DNA of 64,000 nucleotides from a virus: IMG/VR virus record IMGVR_UViG_3300045988_167643; one strand, 5' to 3'. Shown piece by piece: positions 51,523 to 60,647 of this stretch (position 1 is its first letter; each line of letters starts with the position of its first letter). The notes under the pieces were generated by a model. It saw only the letters and a program-made list of their open reading frames with translations, ran no database searches and was not told where the DNA came from. The position numbers and the translations under genes were made by a program.

Positions 51523-53721
51523 ATGAGAACTTTATTATTATTTCGTGGTGCACCAGGAGTTGGTAAGAGCACTTATATTGAGAAAAATGGTTTAAAGCCA
51601 TATACATTATGTGCAGATGATATTCGTTTACTTTGTCAGAGTCCGGTATTATCTGTAAATGGTAGTACAGAAATTACACAGAATAATGATGGCACTGTTT
51701 GGAAAACGTTATTTACTCTACTAGAGGTTAGAATGCAGCGTGGAGAATTTACAGTTATAGATGCAACTAATTCCAAGACTTCTGAAATGAACAAATATAA
51801 GAAATTATGTCAGGAATATAGGTACAGAATTTTTCTTGTTGATTTTACAGATGTTTCAATCGAGGAATGTAAGAAAAGAAATAGTCTTCGTGCCGCAATG
51901 AAACAGGTTCCTGAAGCTGTTATTGATAAGATGTACAGTAGATTTAAAACACAGGGGATTCCATCCGGTATTACAGTAATTAAGCCGGAAGAACTTGATA
52001 AAGTGTTTATGAAAAAAATTGATTTGTCCGAATATAAAGCGATTCATCACGTAGGAGATATACATGGTTGTAATACAGCTTTACAGAAATATTTGAACGC
52101 AATTAGCGGAATCAAGGACGATCACTTCTTTATATTTTGCGGAGACTATATTGATAGAGGAATTGAAAATGCGGAAGTGGTTCAGTTTCTCTTAAGCATT
52201 AAGGACAAACCAAACGTACTTTTGCTTGAGGGCAATCACGAAATTCATCTAAGAAAATATAGTGAAGATAAGAAGTCATTCTCAAAAGAATTTGAATTAT
52301 TTACAAAACCTGCATTAGATAAAGCCGGTTTTAGTAAGAAAGATCTGCGGCAGCTGTGTAGAAAATTTGCTCAGTGTGCCTATTATACATATCATGGAAA
52401 TACATATCTTGTTACTCACGGTGGTCTGAATACAATCCCACAAAATCTTACTTTTGTTGCAACCGATCAAATGATTCATGGAGTTGGTAGATATAATGAT
52501 GTAGAGCAAGTTGCTGATACATTTTTCACCACTACCGATGATCATACTTATCAGATTTTTGGTCATAGAAATACTAAAGGATTTGACATTAATGTTAATC
52601 CAAGAGTATACGATCTTGAAGGACAGGTTGAGTTTGGTGGCTGTCTGAGATGTATTGATATCGTTCCTGGTGGAAGTATAACCTATGAGGTTAAGAACAA
52701 TGTATTCAGAGAGCCAGAAAAATCAGCAAGAACTATGAGTAATAATGTATCTGATGCACTTATTGAACTGAGACATAATAAATATGTCACTGAAAAACAA
52801 TTTGGAAATATTTCTTCTTTCAACTTTAGTCCAACAGCTTTTCAAAAAAATATATGGGACGAGCAGACAACTAAGGCAAGAGGTTTGTTCTTAGATACTG
52901 AAAAATTTAAAGTTGTGGCAAGGTCCTACGACAAATTTTTCAATATAAATCAGCGTGAAGAAACTAAACTTGATGCTCTGCAGCGTACATTAGAGTTTCC
53001 AGTAGCTGCCTATGTTAAAGAAAATGGATTTCTTGGAATTGTTTCCTGGAATGAGTATACAGATGATTTGTTTATTACAAGTAAATCTGATCCTGAAGGA
53101 CCATTTTCCGAATGGCTAAGAGATATGGTTTATACGAAAATTTCTAAAGAGAATCTTGAGAAGATGAAGAAGTATATTGAAGAGAACGATGTTTCTTTTG
53201 TATTTGAGTGCTGCGACATGGAGCATGATCCACATATTATTGATTATCCAGAAAGTAAGTTGGTTTTGCTTGATATTGTATACAATACTTTGGATTTCCA
53301 GAAATATAACTATGAGGATATGGCTCATGTTGGTCGTGATCTTGGGCTAACAATCAAGAAACAGGCTTATGAGTTATCTACATGGCAGGAATTTTATGAT
53401 TGGTATTTTGAAGTTTTAGAAGAAGATTATGAATACAGAGGTGATAAGATCGAAGGATTTGTAATCGAAGATGCTAATGGATATATGGTTAAGCTGAAAC
53501 TTACATATTATAACTTCTGGAAGTTTATGCGTGGTATTGCTCATGAGACTTTAAAGAAAGGTTGTACAAACAGGACATCATTGTTGACTACGCCGGTAGC
53601 GAATGAATTTTACGCTTGGTGCAAGAAACAGTTTGAAAATGGTAAAGCTGATGAGCTGCCAAGAGATATTGTTACTTTAAGAAAAATGTTTTATGAGGAG
53701 AAAGAGAATAATGTGGATTAG
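51523..53721 (+). CDS. pnkp: trifunctional RNA-repair enzyme: polynucleotide kinase - metallophosphatase - ligase-like adenylyltransferase (bacterial Pnkp type)
   Basis: P-loop FRGAPGVGKST; calcineurin-type motifs GDIHG / GDYIDRG / GNHE; nucleotidyltransferase motifs VKENGFLG (KxxG), FVFECC, EGFVIED, MVKLKL. Confidence 0.85.
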   Translation: MRTLLLFRGAPGVGKSTYIEKNGLKPYTLCADDIRLLCQSPVLSVNGSTEITQNNDGTVWKTLFTLLEVRMQRGEFTVIDATNSKTSEMNKYKKLCQEYRYRIFLVDFTDVSIEECKKRNSLRAAMKQVPEAVIDKMYSRFKTQGIPSGITVIKPEELDKVFMKKIDLSEYKAIHHVGDIHGCNTALQKYLNAISGIKDDHFFIFCGDYIDRGIENAEVVQFLLSIKDKPNVLLLEGNHEIHLRKYSEDKKSFSKEFELFTKPALDKAGFSKKDLRQLCRKFAQCAYYTYHGNTYLVTHGGLNTIPQNLTFVATDQMIHGVGRYNDVEQVADTFFTTTDDHTYQIFGHRNTKGFDINVNPRVYDLEGQVEFGGCLRCIDIVPGGSITYEVKNNVFREPEKSARTMSNNVSDALIELRHNKYVTEKQFGNISSFNFSPTAFQKNIWDEQTTKARGLFLDTEKFKVVARSYDKFFNINQREETKLDALQRTLEFPVAAYVKENGFLGIVSWNEYTDDLFITSKSDPEGPFSEWLRDMVYTKISKENLEKMKKYIEENDVSFVFECCDMEHDPHIIDYPESKLVLLDIVYNTLDFQKYNYEDMAHVGRDLGLTIKKQAYELSTWQEFYDWYFEVLEEDYEYRGDKIEGFVIEDANGYMVKLKLTYYNFWKFMRGIAHETLKKGCTNRTSLLTTPVANEFYAWCKKQFENGKADELPRDIVTLRKMFYEEKENNVD

Positions 53722-54145
53722 TAAGAAGAAATATGAAGAATTAATAAAAAGAATTAATACTATCGAGGAAAAAACTTCTAAGTTTACTCCTTATGGTCCA
53801 AAATGGTTCGACCACTGTCGTGATGATATAAATAATATTCAACGAGTTATGAAAAATAGTAAACTTGGAGAAATCGCATTCAAATCAATCTTCGATAAAA
53901 CATTGTTTATACCGTATGAAGAATACGATAAATCTAAAAGCTATACACTAATTTATAAAGATTTTAAAGAATATAAAATTGATGGACTATATTTATATAA
54001 GCCTATTTTTACAGTAGACGAAAATAATAATAATTTGATTTATGTAAAAGATAAATGCTATGTATATGATGGCGAGGTTAAAAAAGAAGCAAATATTGAA
54101 TTTATTGTAGACCTACAAAATCAGACTTTTATCAGAACAAAATAA
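53711..54145 (+). CDS. hypothetical protein
   Basis: ATG after GAGGAG, overlaps the Pnkp 3' end. Confidence 0.6.
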   Translation: MWISKKKYEELIKRINTIEEKTSKFTPYGPKWFDHCRDDINNIQRVMKNSKLGEIAFKSIFDKTLFIPYEEYDKSKSYTLIYKDFKEYKIDGLYLYKPIFTVDENNNNLIYVKDKCYVYDGEVKKEANIEFIVDLQNQTFIRTK

Positions 54146-54170
54146 TAGATAAATGAAGAAGTAAATTGTG

Positions 54171-54179
54171 TGGTATGAT
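54171..54179 (+). promoter_or_regulatory. extended -10 promoter (TGGTATGAT), convergent with the minus-strand peptide gene
   Basis: AATTGTGTGGTATGAT, same motif as at 23110 and 25577. Confidence 0.45.
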
Positions 54180-54204
54180 GCCGCAGCTGGCGAAATCACC
54201 TATA

Positions 54205-54288
54205 TTATAGTAGTTTGGCGATAATACCAAATACTATACCTATAAAACTGAAGACTAAGCTCCAGCTGTTAAATAATTCCTTTAACAT
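54205..54288 (-). CDS. 27-aa hydrophobic peptide, type I toxin-like
   Basis: Minus strand: AAGGAG, 6 nt, then ATG; MLKELFNSWSLVFSFIGIVFGIIAKLL; the only SD-supported minus-strand ORF seen. Confidence 0.55.
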   Translation of the reverse strand: MLKELFNSWSLVFSFIGIVFGIIAKLL

Positions 54289-54442
54289 AGGCGACTCCTT
54301 TCAAACATAGCAAATTAACAAGTTACTAGCTAATATTTTACGCAGGAGCTGATCCGCCTTAACATCTAGCGGTTCCAATAGGTGATTTTAGATTTTGCCA
54401 GTCCCTTGGGTATGTATTGGATACCCAAACACCTTAGCAGGT

Positions 54443-54451
54443 ATTGTACCA
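54443..54451 (-). promoter_or_regulatory. extended -10 promoter (TGGTACAAT on minus strand) for the peptide mRNA
   Basis: The complement of 54443-54453 reads TGTGGTACAAT, close to the plus-strand consensus. Confidence 0.4.
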
Positions 54452-54482
54452 CATATTTACCATATATTTCAAGGAGAAACTA

Positions 54483-55040
54483 ATGTCAAAGGATAGTACG
54501 TTTTCAAATACTAATAAAAAAATTTTCTTTTTAGGAGATGATATAGACAACGATTCTATAGGAAAACTAACTTGGAATCTTTTACATCAGATACTAGATG
54601 ATGATGAGAAAGATAAAAAGGAAAAGGATTATAAAAGAGACCCTATTAAACTTTATATAAATTCTTATGGCGGAAGTGTATATGATATGTGGGGCTTAAT
54701 TGATGTTATCCAAAATAGTAAAACACCAATTTATACATATTGTACCGGTTATGCTATGAGTGCGGCGTTTCAAATATTTCTTACTGGACATAAAAGATAT
54801 TGTTATAAACATTCCACATTTATGTACCATCAGCTAAGTCATGCTTTTGAAGGAAAATTTCAGGACCTTGTTGAAGATATGGAAGAGGTTAGTAGACAAA
54901 ATAAGATGATTGAAGATTATGTTTTAAGCAAAACAAAATTAACAAAAGATGATCTTAGGAACATTAAAGAAAAGAAAATTGATTTCTTTATTTCATCAGA
55001 TAAGGCAATTGAATATGAAATTGTAGACGAAATTTTATAA
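54483..55040 (+). CDS. clpP: ClpP-family (S14) serine protease
   Basis: AAGGAG SD; LYINSYGGSVYDMWGLIDVI...CTGYAMSAAFQIFLTG...STFMYHQ parallels ClpP INSPGG...G.AaSmg..ll..G...MiHQ (Ser/His present). Confidence 0.75.
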   Translation: MSKDSTFSNTNKKIFFLGDDIDNDSIGKLTWNLLHQILDDDEKDKKEKDYKRDPIKLYINSYGGSVYDMWGLIDVIQNSKTPIYTYCTGYAMSAAFQIFLTGHKRYCYKHSTFMYHQLSHAFEGKFQDLVEDMEEVSRQNKMIEDYVLSKTKLTKDDLRNIKEKKIDFFISSDKAIEYEIVDEIL

Positions 55041-55071
55041 CTGTAAAAACACTGTTTTACGGAGGAATAGT

Positions 55072-55293
55072 ATGAGTGAATTAGAAGAAGATAATACAGA
55101 CGAATATGATGTAGATGAAGACTACGATTATGATTTTGAAGAATATGATGAATATCAAGACGATTTAGATTATTGCGAAGAGTGTTGCATTTATGGAGAT
55201 GATTATTATATTGACGATGATGGCGAACATGTTTGCCGATGTCCTAAATGCAACATGAATCCTGACAGATTGGATGATGATTATATTGACTAA
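55072..55293 (+). CDS. hypothetical highly acidic zinc-ribbon protein
   Basis: CGGAGG SD; CEECC...CRCPKC. Confidence 0.6.
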   Translation: MSELEEDNTDEYDVDEDYDYDFEEYDEYQDDLDYCEECCIYGDDYYIDDDGEHVCRCPKCNMNPDRLDDDYID

Positions 55294-55366
55294 TAAGTAT
55301 TTTCAATATCTTCGTCCAGGAGATAATTTATTGTATTGTCCTATTAAAAGTGAAGAGGTGGAAAAT

Positions 55367-55912
55367 ATGATTGATTTAAAAGAGAAGAATGTATTGTGTA
55401 CAACAAAAGATGAGGCTGCTGCTATTTTAAAAGAGGCAGAAAAACAAGGATTTAGATGGTACGATGGGAATTTAGCGACTGCATACAATCCATTAATTGA
55501 ACATGATGGACCTATTGTATTAACTTTTAAATATAATTGCATTAATTGGATTGGCGCAAGTGCTACAGATACTGCTAGAGATTTATTAGATACGGATCGA
55601 GAAATGACTGCCCATGAATTTCTTAACAAATTTTTAGATATGGCATATCATTGTTCTAACTGTGAAGAATGTAAAACTATTAAAGTGGATGGATGTGATT
55701 ACAGATGGTGTGATAGTGATTTATGGACCAAAGATAATATTGATCAGGTTTATGAAATTGTAAAAACAGGGAATAAATTAAAAGAAAAACCTGAGCAAAA
55801 AGCTATAAACAATATAACCAATTACTTAGATGGTAAAGAGCAATTGAATATTAATGCACTGAAATTAGCAATTAAAGTATTAGAGGAAAAAGTAAATGAA
55901 AAACAGAACTAA
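55367..55912 (+). CDS. hypothetical protein
   Basis: Track ORF 55274..55912 trimmed to the ATG after GAGGTGG. Confidence 0.55.
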   Translation: MIDLKEKNVLCTTKDEAAAILKEAEKQGFRWYDGNLATAYNPLIEHDGPIVLTFKYNCINWIGASATDTARDLLDTDREMTAHEFLNKFLDMAYHCSNCEECKTIKVDGCDYRWCDSDLWTKDNIDQVYEIVKTGNKLKEKPEQKAINNITNYLDGKEQLNINALKLAIKVLEEKVNEKQN

Positions 55913-56024
55913 ATTAAATTTTATACTTGCAACTGTCACTTATGTATGTACAGTGTTAGCCTATGTAATTGAAAAAAGAAGAACTCGTGAGTTCGAAGAG
56001 TGGGATTACGAAGATGAAGAATAA
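55896..56024 (+). CDS. small membrane peptide (42 aa)
   Basis: GAGGA SD 9 nt upstream; LNFILATVTYVCTVLAYVI helix. Confidence 0.45.
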   Translation: MKNRTKLNFILATVTYVCTVLAYVIEKRRTREFEEWDYEDEE

Positions 56025-56181
56025 AGATGCTGCAGTTATATTGTTATCATTTTTATTTATGATATTGTTTACATTCCTACCTATATTTGTAAAAGCCCCT
56101 GGGCTTCAATGGGATTTTGGACTTCTGACAGGTTTGAGTTTTAGTATATTTGTTAAATACGGAGATAAGATAGATGAATAA
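56014..56181 (+). CDS. small membrane protein (55 aa)
   Basis: Internal ATG of track ORF 55969..56181; two hydrophobic helices. Confidence 0.45.
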   Translation: MKNKDAAVILLSFLFMILFTFLPIFVKAPGLQWDFGLLTGLSFSIFVKYGDKIDE

Positions 56182-56449
56182 ACGACAGAAGAAAAAAGTT
56201 GAGGACAAATTATTAATTAGGCTTAGAAAATTACATCCTGGTAAAGGTGATTTTATTTTTGTTGAGTTTGATCCTGATAAAATCGATATCGATATAGTAT
56301 TAAAATATTTTGATGCAATATCGAACGCATTTAATAATATTGCAAACTTTGCTATGGTACCTGATGGAATTACTATAAAGAACATGAACAGAGATCGTAT
56401 ATTAAAATATATTGAAAAATTAAAGGAGTTAATTGAAAATGAGCGATAA
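56174..56449 (+). CDS. hypothetical protein
   Basis: 91-aa ORF, GGAGA SD. Confidence 0.6.
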   Translation: MNKRQKKKVEDKLLIRLRKLHPGKGDFIFVEFDPDKIDIDIVLKYFDAISNAFNNIANFAMVPDGITIKNMNRDRILKYIEKLKELIENER

Positions 56450-56702
56450 AACGGTAGTAAAAGAAAAAAGTTGGAAAGAGTTCCAGGAAAGCGGAATGTT
56501 ATGGATGGCAAATACAATTTTACAGGTGTTTGGATGGTCTATTGCTATTGACCAGGATGCAGATGGAAATATTATTAGCGTGTGTCCTGCTAGAGTAAAA
56601 TATAGAGGATTTACACACGAGACCAATACCAAGGGGTACATTAAGACTGCCAATTACATGAAAGAGAATGCAGAAGAGATTCTGAAAGAGGCAATGCAGT
56701 AA
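56439..56702 (+). CDS. hypothetical protein
   Basis: ATG 10 nt after AAAGGAG. Confidence 0.6.
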   Translation: MSDKTVVKEKSWKEFQESGMLWMANTILQVFGWSIAIDQDADGNIISVCPARVKYRGFTHETNTKGYIKTANYMKENAEEILKEAMQ

Positions 56703-56735
56703 TACATAAAATATGTTTTTTATTGGAGAGAATAA

Positions 56736-57110
56736 ATGAAAATTTTAACTAAAAAAGAATTGCTTGAGGCTCCATCCGGTACTGTTTATGTAAGATATAC
56801 ACCTGAAATAACAGATGGAGAAATTAAGATTAAAGTTGAAAATAATTGTAATTTAGATTTGATTCCAGGTTTTGATTGGGTTAATAAAACCAATAAAGAA
56901 ACTAATTGGGCAACTGATGATCTAAATATTCAAGTAGATTATGACGAAGGTGATTTATTTGCAGCGTTCAGTAAAGCCGAAGTTATGAAAATGATTAATT
57001 GTCTATCATGGGCATTAGCAGATTGTGAACCAGATTTCAATATGGATGAAGTATATTATCCAAGTGGAATTATTGGGTATGATCCGCACTGGACTCCAGA
57101 TGAGGAATGA
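56736..57110 (+). CDS. hypothetical protein
   Basis: 124-aa ORF, GGAGAG SD. Confidence 0.6.
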   Translation: MKILTKKELLEAPSGTVYVRYTPEITDGEIKIKVENNCNLDLIPGFDWVNKTNKETNWATDDLNIQVDYDEGDLFAAFSKAEVMKMINCLSWALADCEPDFNMDEVYYPSGIIGYDPHWTPDEE

Positions 57111-57112
57111 TA

Positions 57113-57409
57113 ATGAAAGAATATTATAAAGATGAATTTAAGAAATTAATGCAGGAGTATCCTGAAGGTGGAATTGTATTTACAGCAGTTGATGAAAGAA
57201 ATCTTATGGTCACAGATGGTCCGTTTGGTGCAACAGAAGTAATTCCATACGAAGGAGAAGTATTCGATTTTGATTGGAATATTGATGAATACAGAGATGA
57301 TGATTGGTTCACTGTGTATGATAACAATGATGTACTTCAGATGATTCAAACATTAACTAAAGGATTAAAAATTCCGTTAAAAGATGAAGGTTTACATTTT
57401 CTAATCTGA
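57113..57409 (+). CDS. hypothetical protein
   Basis: ATG 6 nt after GAGGA. Confidence 0.6.
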   Translation: MKEYYKDEFKKLMQEYPEGGIVFTAVDERNLMVTDGPFGATEVIPYEGEVFDFDWNIDEYRDDDWFTVYDNNDVLQMIQTLTKGLKIPLKDEGLHFLI

Positions 57410-57424
57410 CAAATTCTTGTCAGA
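57405..57424 (+). terminator. 8-bp hairpin overlapping the stop codon (no U-tract)
   Basis: TCTGACAA / TTGTCAGA. Confidence 0.3.
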
Positions 57425-57472
57425 AAATCCACGTTTTATTTGAAAATTGAATAGAGAAAAGAGGTAAGTGCA

Positions 57473-57715
57473 ATGAAAATTAAAAACATTAAAGATGTAG
57501 AAACATTTCTTAAAGTAGTAGATGAGTGTAAGGGTGACGTTACTTTAACATCCGTTTACGGAGATAAGTTTAATCTTAAATCTAAATTAACACAGTATAT
57601 AGCAGTTTCTGCTCTAATCGGTGATCATGGCGAAGATCTGGAGCTGTGGTGTACTAGCAAAGAAGATGAAATGAAGTTTTTACAGATGTTTAAAGAAAAT
57701 CCGGAAATGGTGTAA
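57473..57715 (+). CDS. hypothetical protein
   Basis: 80-aa ORF, GAGGT SD. Confidence 0.6.
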   Translation: MKIKNIKDVETFLKVVDECKGDVTLTSVYGDKFNLKSKLTQYIAVSALIGDHGEDLELWCTSKEDEMKFLQMFKENPEMV

Positions 57716-57789
57716 GAGTATTTTAGAAATATATAAAAAATAAGGAGTAGTGAGATTTGCTGCAGCGATAAAATCATGGTTTGCTCCGT

Positions 57790-58572
57790 ATGAAAATGTT
57801 AGAAATAAATAAAATTTATAATGAAGATTGCCTTATTGGATTAAAAAAACTTGACTCAGACATAGTTGATCTTACAGTAACAAGCCCGCCATATGATGAT
57901 TTGAGAAAATATAATGGATATTCATTTGATTTTGATGCAATTTCTTATGAGTTATTCCGTGTAACTAAACCAGGTGGTGTTTTGGTTTGGGTTGTTGGAG
58001 ATAAGACTAAGAATGGATCTGAAACAGGGACCTCGTTTAAACAGGCGTTACAGTTTATGAAAGTTGGATTTAAGTTGCATGATACTATGATTTTTGAAAA
58101 AACCAATCCAATTCCGCAAAATCATAATCGTTACGAGCAATGTTTTGAGTATATGTTTGTATTTAGTAAGGGTAAGCCAAGTACATTTAATCCAATAAAG
58201 GTTCCAACTAAAAATGCCGGAAAAGTGTTTAATTGGGGAGATAGAAAAACTGTTATGGATGATAATCAATGTCGTAGGGACAGGACGACAGATTTATACA
58301 CAGTAAAGTCAGAAAAGATACATAATAATATATTTACGTATAGTATTGGTGGTGGAAAATCAGGGCATCCTGCTGTATTTCCAGAACAATTGGCGAAAGA
58401 TCATATTTTATCATGGTCAAATCCTGGTGATTTAATTCTTGATCCGTTTATTGGAAGCGGAACTACTGCAAAAGCTGCCATTGAGCTTGATAGAAATTAT
58501 ATTGGATTCGAGATTAGTAAAGAATATTGTGATATTGCAGAAGAAAGATTAAGAGGAAGTGAAAAGGTATGA
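57790..58572 (+). CDS. DNA methyltransferase, N6-adenine/N4-cytosine beta class
   Basis: Motif IV DLTVTSPPY precedes motif I DPFIGSGTT; start ATG 57790/57796, weak SD. Confidence 0.8.
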   Translation: MKMLEINKIYNEDCLIGLKKLDSDIVDLTVTSPPYDDLRKYNGYSFDFDAISYELFRVTKPGGVLVWVVGDKTKNGSETGTSFKQALQFMKVGFKLHDTMIFEKTNPIPQNHNRYEQCFEYMFVFSKGKPSTFNPIKVPTKNAGKVFNWGDRKTVMDDNQCRRDRTTDLYTVKSEKIHNNIFTYSIGGGKSGHPAVFPEQLAKDHILSWSNPGDLILDPFIGSGTTAKAAIELDRNYIGFEISKEYCDIAEERLRGSEKV

Positions 58573-58853
58573 CAATTAAATCAATGAATCATTTTCAGAA
58601 TGTATGTAAGAACAAATTTGTAGAATGGTATAACAAAAGCAGTTATGCCAATAAAGGACCAAATGACATCCAGGAAATTGGTGTCGATGACGTATTTGTA
58701 AGTTGGTTGTGTAAGACTCCGCAGAACTATAAATGTATTATAGGTACTAGTGCTGCAGCCATCTTAGCAGAATATACGTACAATGGTAATGATGGAGTCT
58801 TATACGAAGGTATTTATAAGAAGATTGTGAATACAAGTCATTCAGTAGAGTAA
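58569..58853 (+). CDS. hypothetical protein
   Basis: 94-aa ORF, ATGA overlap. Confidence 0.6.
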   Translation: MTIKSMNHFQNVCKNKFVEWYNKSSYANKGPNDIQEIGVDDVFVSWLCKTPQNYKCIIGTSAAAILAEYTYNGNDGVLYEGIYKKIVNTSHSVE

Positions 58854-58925
58854 CAATAGAATCTGGATTTTATCTGGATTAAAAGATCTGGAAAATTAGA
58901 AGTAAGCAATATCAAACAATAAAGG

Positions 58926-59810
58926 ATGGAAAATAAAATGCAGATTACAGCGAAAAGCTATTTTAGTGGTGCAGGTGGAATGGATCTTGGAATTGAAGAA
59001 GCAGGGATCAATATTCTTGAATCATACGAAATTGATAAGAAATGTTGTGATACGTTAAGAAAAAATTTTAAGCACAAGGTTAACGAAGCTGATATTACTA
59101 AAATTACAGTTCTTGATCAGCAAGATGCAGATGTGTATATTGGAACTTTTCCATGTACAAAATACTCGATTGCTGCAGATATTAATGGTACAAGAACCGG
59201 TGATGATTTATTTCTTCATTTCTTTAGGCATATTGCATTGGCACAACCAGAAATGTATATAGTTGAGAATGTTCCTGGGATGATTAAGTTTAAAGTAGTT
59301 ATGGAGGCGTTGACTAAATTGCCAGATTATTATGTAAGAATTGAATGTCCTGTGAACGCAAATATGTGGCTTCCACAAGAACGTAAGAGATTAATTCTTA
59401 TTGGTAGTAAAAAGCCGTTAACTAATCTTGATTATCCAGATGAAACTCCATTACGACTGAAAGATATTATTCAAACAGATAGTGAAATAAATATTCCGCA
59501 GTATGTGTTAAATCGTATTAATGGTAATTACAGAGATAAACCAATTGTTTCTGATCCTGAATGTGATGATCTTGCACCAACATGTGTAGCACACTATTCA
59601 AAAGATAGAGGAACTAGATTAATTAAAGACGGTAATAGAATCCGACCATATACAGTCAGAGAGTATGCAAGACTACAGGGTTTTCCAGATTGGTTTGAAT
59701 TTTGTGGAAGTGATAGTGATGCTTATAGACAGATTGGTAATGCTGTTGCCGTTCCAATGGGACGCTGGGTTGGAAGTCAGATTGTAAAATATTTTAATGG
59801 AGCGAGGTAA
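58926..59810 (+). CDS. dcm: DNA cytosine-5 methyltransferase
   Basis: Motif I FSGAGGMDLG, motif IV GTFPCTKYS, motif VI ENVPGM, motif VIII QERKRL, motif X QIGNAVAVPM. Confidence 0.85.
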   Translation: MENKMQITAKSYFSGAGGMDLGIEEAGINILESYEIDKKCCDTLRKNFKHKVNEADITKITVLDQQDADVYIGTFPCTKYSIAADINGTRTGDDLFLHFFRHIALAQPEMYIVENVPGMIKFKVVMEALTKLPDYYVRIECPVNANMWLPQERKRLILIGSKKPLTNLDYPDETPLRLKDIIQTDSEINIPQYVLNRINGNYRDKPIVSDPECDDLAPTCVAHYSKDRGTRLIKDGNRIRPYTVREYARLQGFPDWFEFCGSDSDAYRQIGNAVAVPMGRWVGSQIVKYFNGAR

Positions 59811-59815
59811 ATAAA

Positions 59816-60064
59816 ATGGAAATTGTACAGATAAAAAATAACCATCTTTATAAAGAGGGTGGAGAAAAAGAATATGGATGTAGATGTAAAAATTGTGGAA
59901 CAAAATTTATTTTTCAGGAGCATGAAGGAAGTGTGCCGAGATGTATAAATCCAAAACCAGAACAATGTAGTATTTACTGCCCAAATTGCAAACAGATTAT
60001 CAGATATAGTGAGTGTACTGAGTTAAAAGGAATATTTGAAAAAGCAGATTTTAAAAGGATATGA
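59816..60064 (+). CDS. hypothetical zinc-ribbon protein
   Basis: CKNCG...CPNCK; GAGGT SD. Confidence 0.6.
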   Translation: MEIVQIKNNHLYKEGGEKEYGCRCKNCGTKFIFQEHEGSVPRCINPKPEQCSIYCPNCKQIIRYSECTELKGIFEKADFKRI

Positions 60065-60072
60065 TGTAATTT

Positions 60073-60456
60073 ATGGGTTGGTTAAAATGTAAGATAAAAA
60101 ATTGGCTTCGAGAAGAAGTATTTAAGGAAGAACTTGAAAATTTCAGATTTATGAAATTACAGTGTATGAACGCATCAGCTCACAGTGATCGCGCATTACA
60201 TGAAGTCGATGAAATGAAATTATTATATCAGTCAATCACTAATGTTGGTGTTGATGTCGATTATAATAGGCATTCTTGGGCTGTTATATGTATTGATGGT
60301 AGACCTGAATATGTAAAATTTGTTGATTTAACTGGAGCTGAAGCACGAGATATAAAAAGTTTTATAAACCGATTTAATAAGAAGAAAGTTATGGTGGATA
60401 GTCCATTTGGAACTGCTTTTAGAGACTATATAGATGGATATGAAATGAGGATTTAA
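60073..60456 (+). CDS. hypothetical protein
   Basis: 127-aa ORF, AAGGA SD. Confidence 0.6.
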   Translation: MGWLKCKIKNWLREEVFKEELENFRFMKLQCMNASAHSDRALHEVDEMKLLYQSITNVGVDVDYNRHSWAVICIDGRPEYVKFVDLTGAEARDIKSFINRFNKKKVMVDSPFGTAFRDYIDGYEMRI

Positions 60457-60457
60457 T

Positions 60458-60637
60458 GTGAATGCTATTTATGTAATTGATACAGTTGTAAATATCGCAG
60501 GACCGATTGGCTGCGTAGTCTGTGCTGTTAAAGCTCATAAGAGACATAATACATATGCTAGAAATGGTTGGTTTGCAAGTGCAGCTCTTTGGGCAGAAAT
60601 ATTTTTCTTGATGCTTAAATTAGATTTTTGTAGATGA
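60458..60637 (+). CDS. small membrane protein (59 aa)
   Basis: GTG 7 nt after GAGGA; two hydrophobic segments. Confidence 0.45.
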   Translation: MNAIYVIDTVVNIAGPIGCVVCAVKAHKRHNTYARNGWFASAALWAEIFFLMLKLDFCR

Positions 60638-60647
60638 GGTGTGAAAT

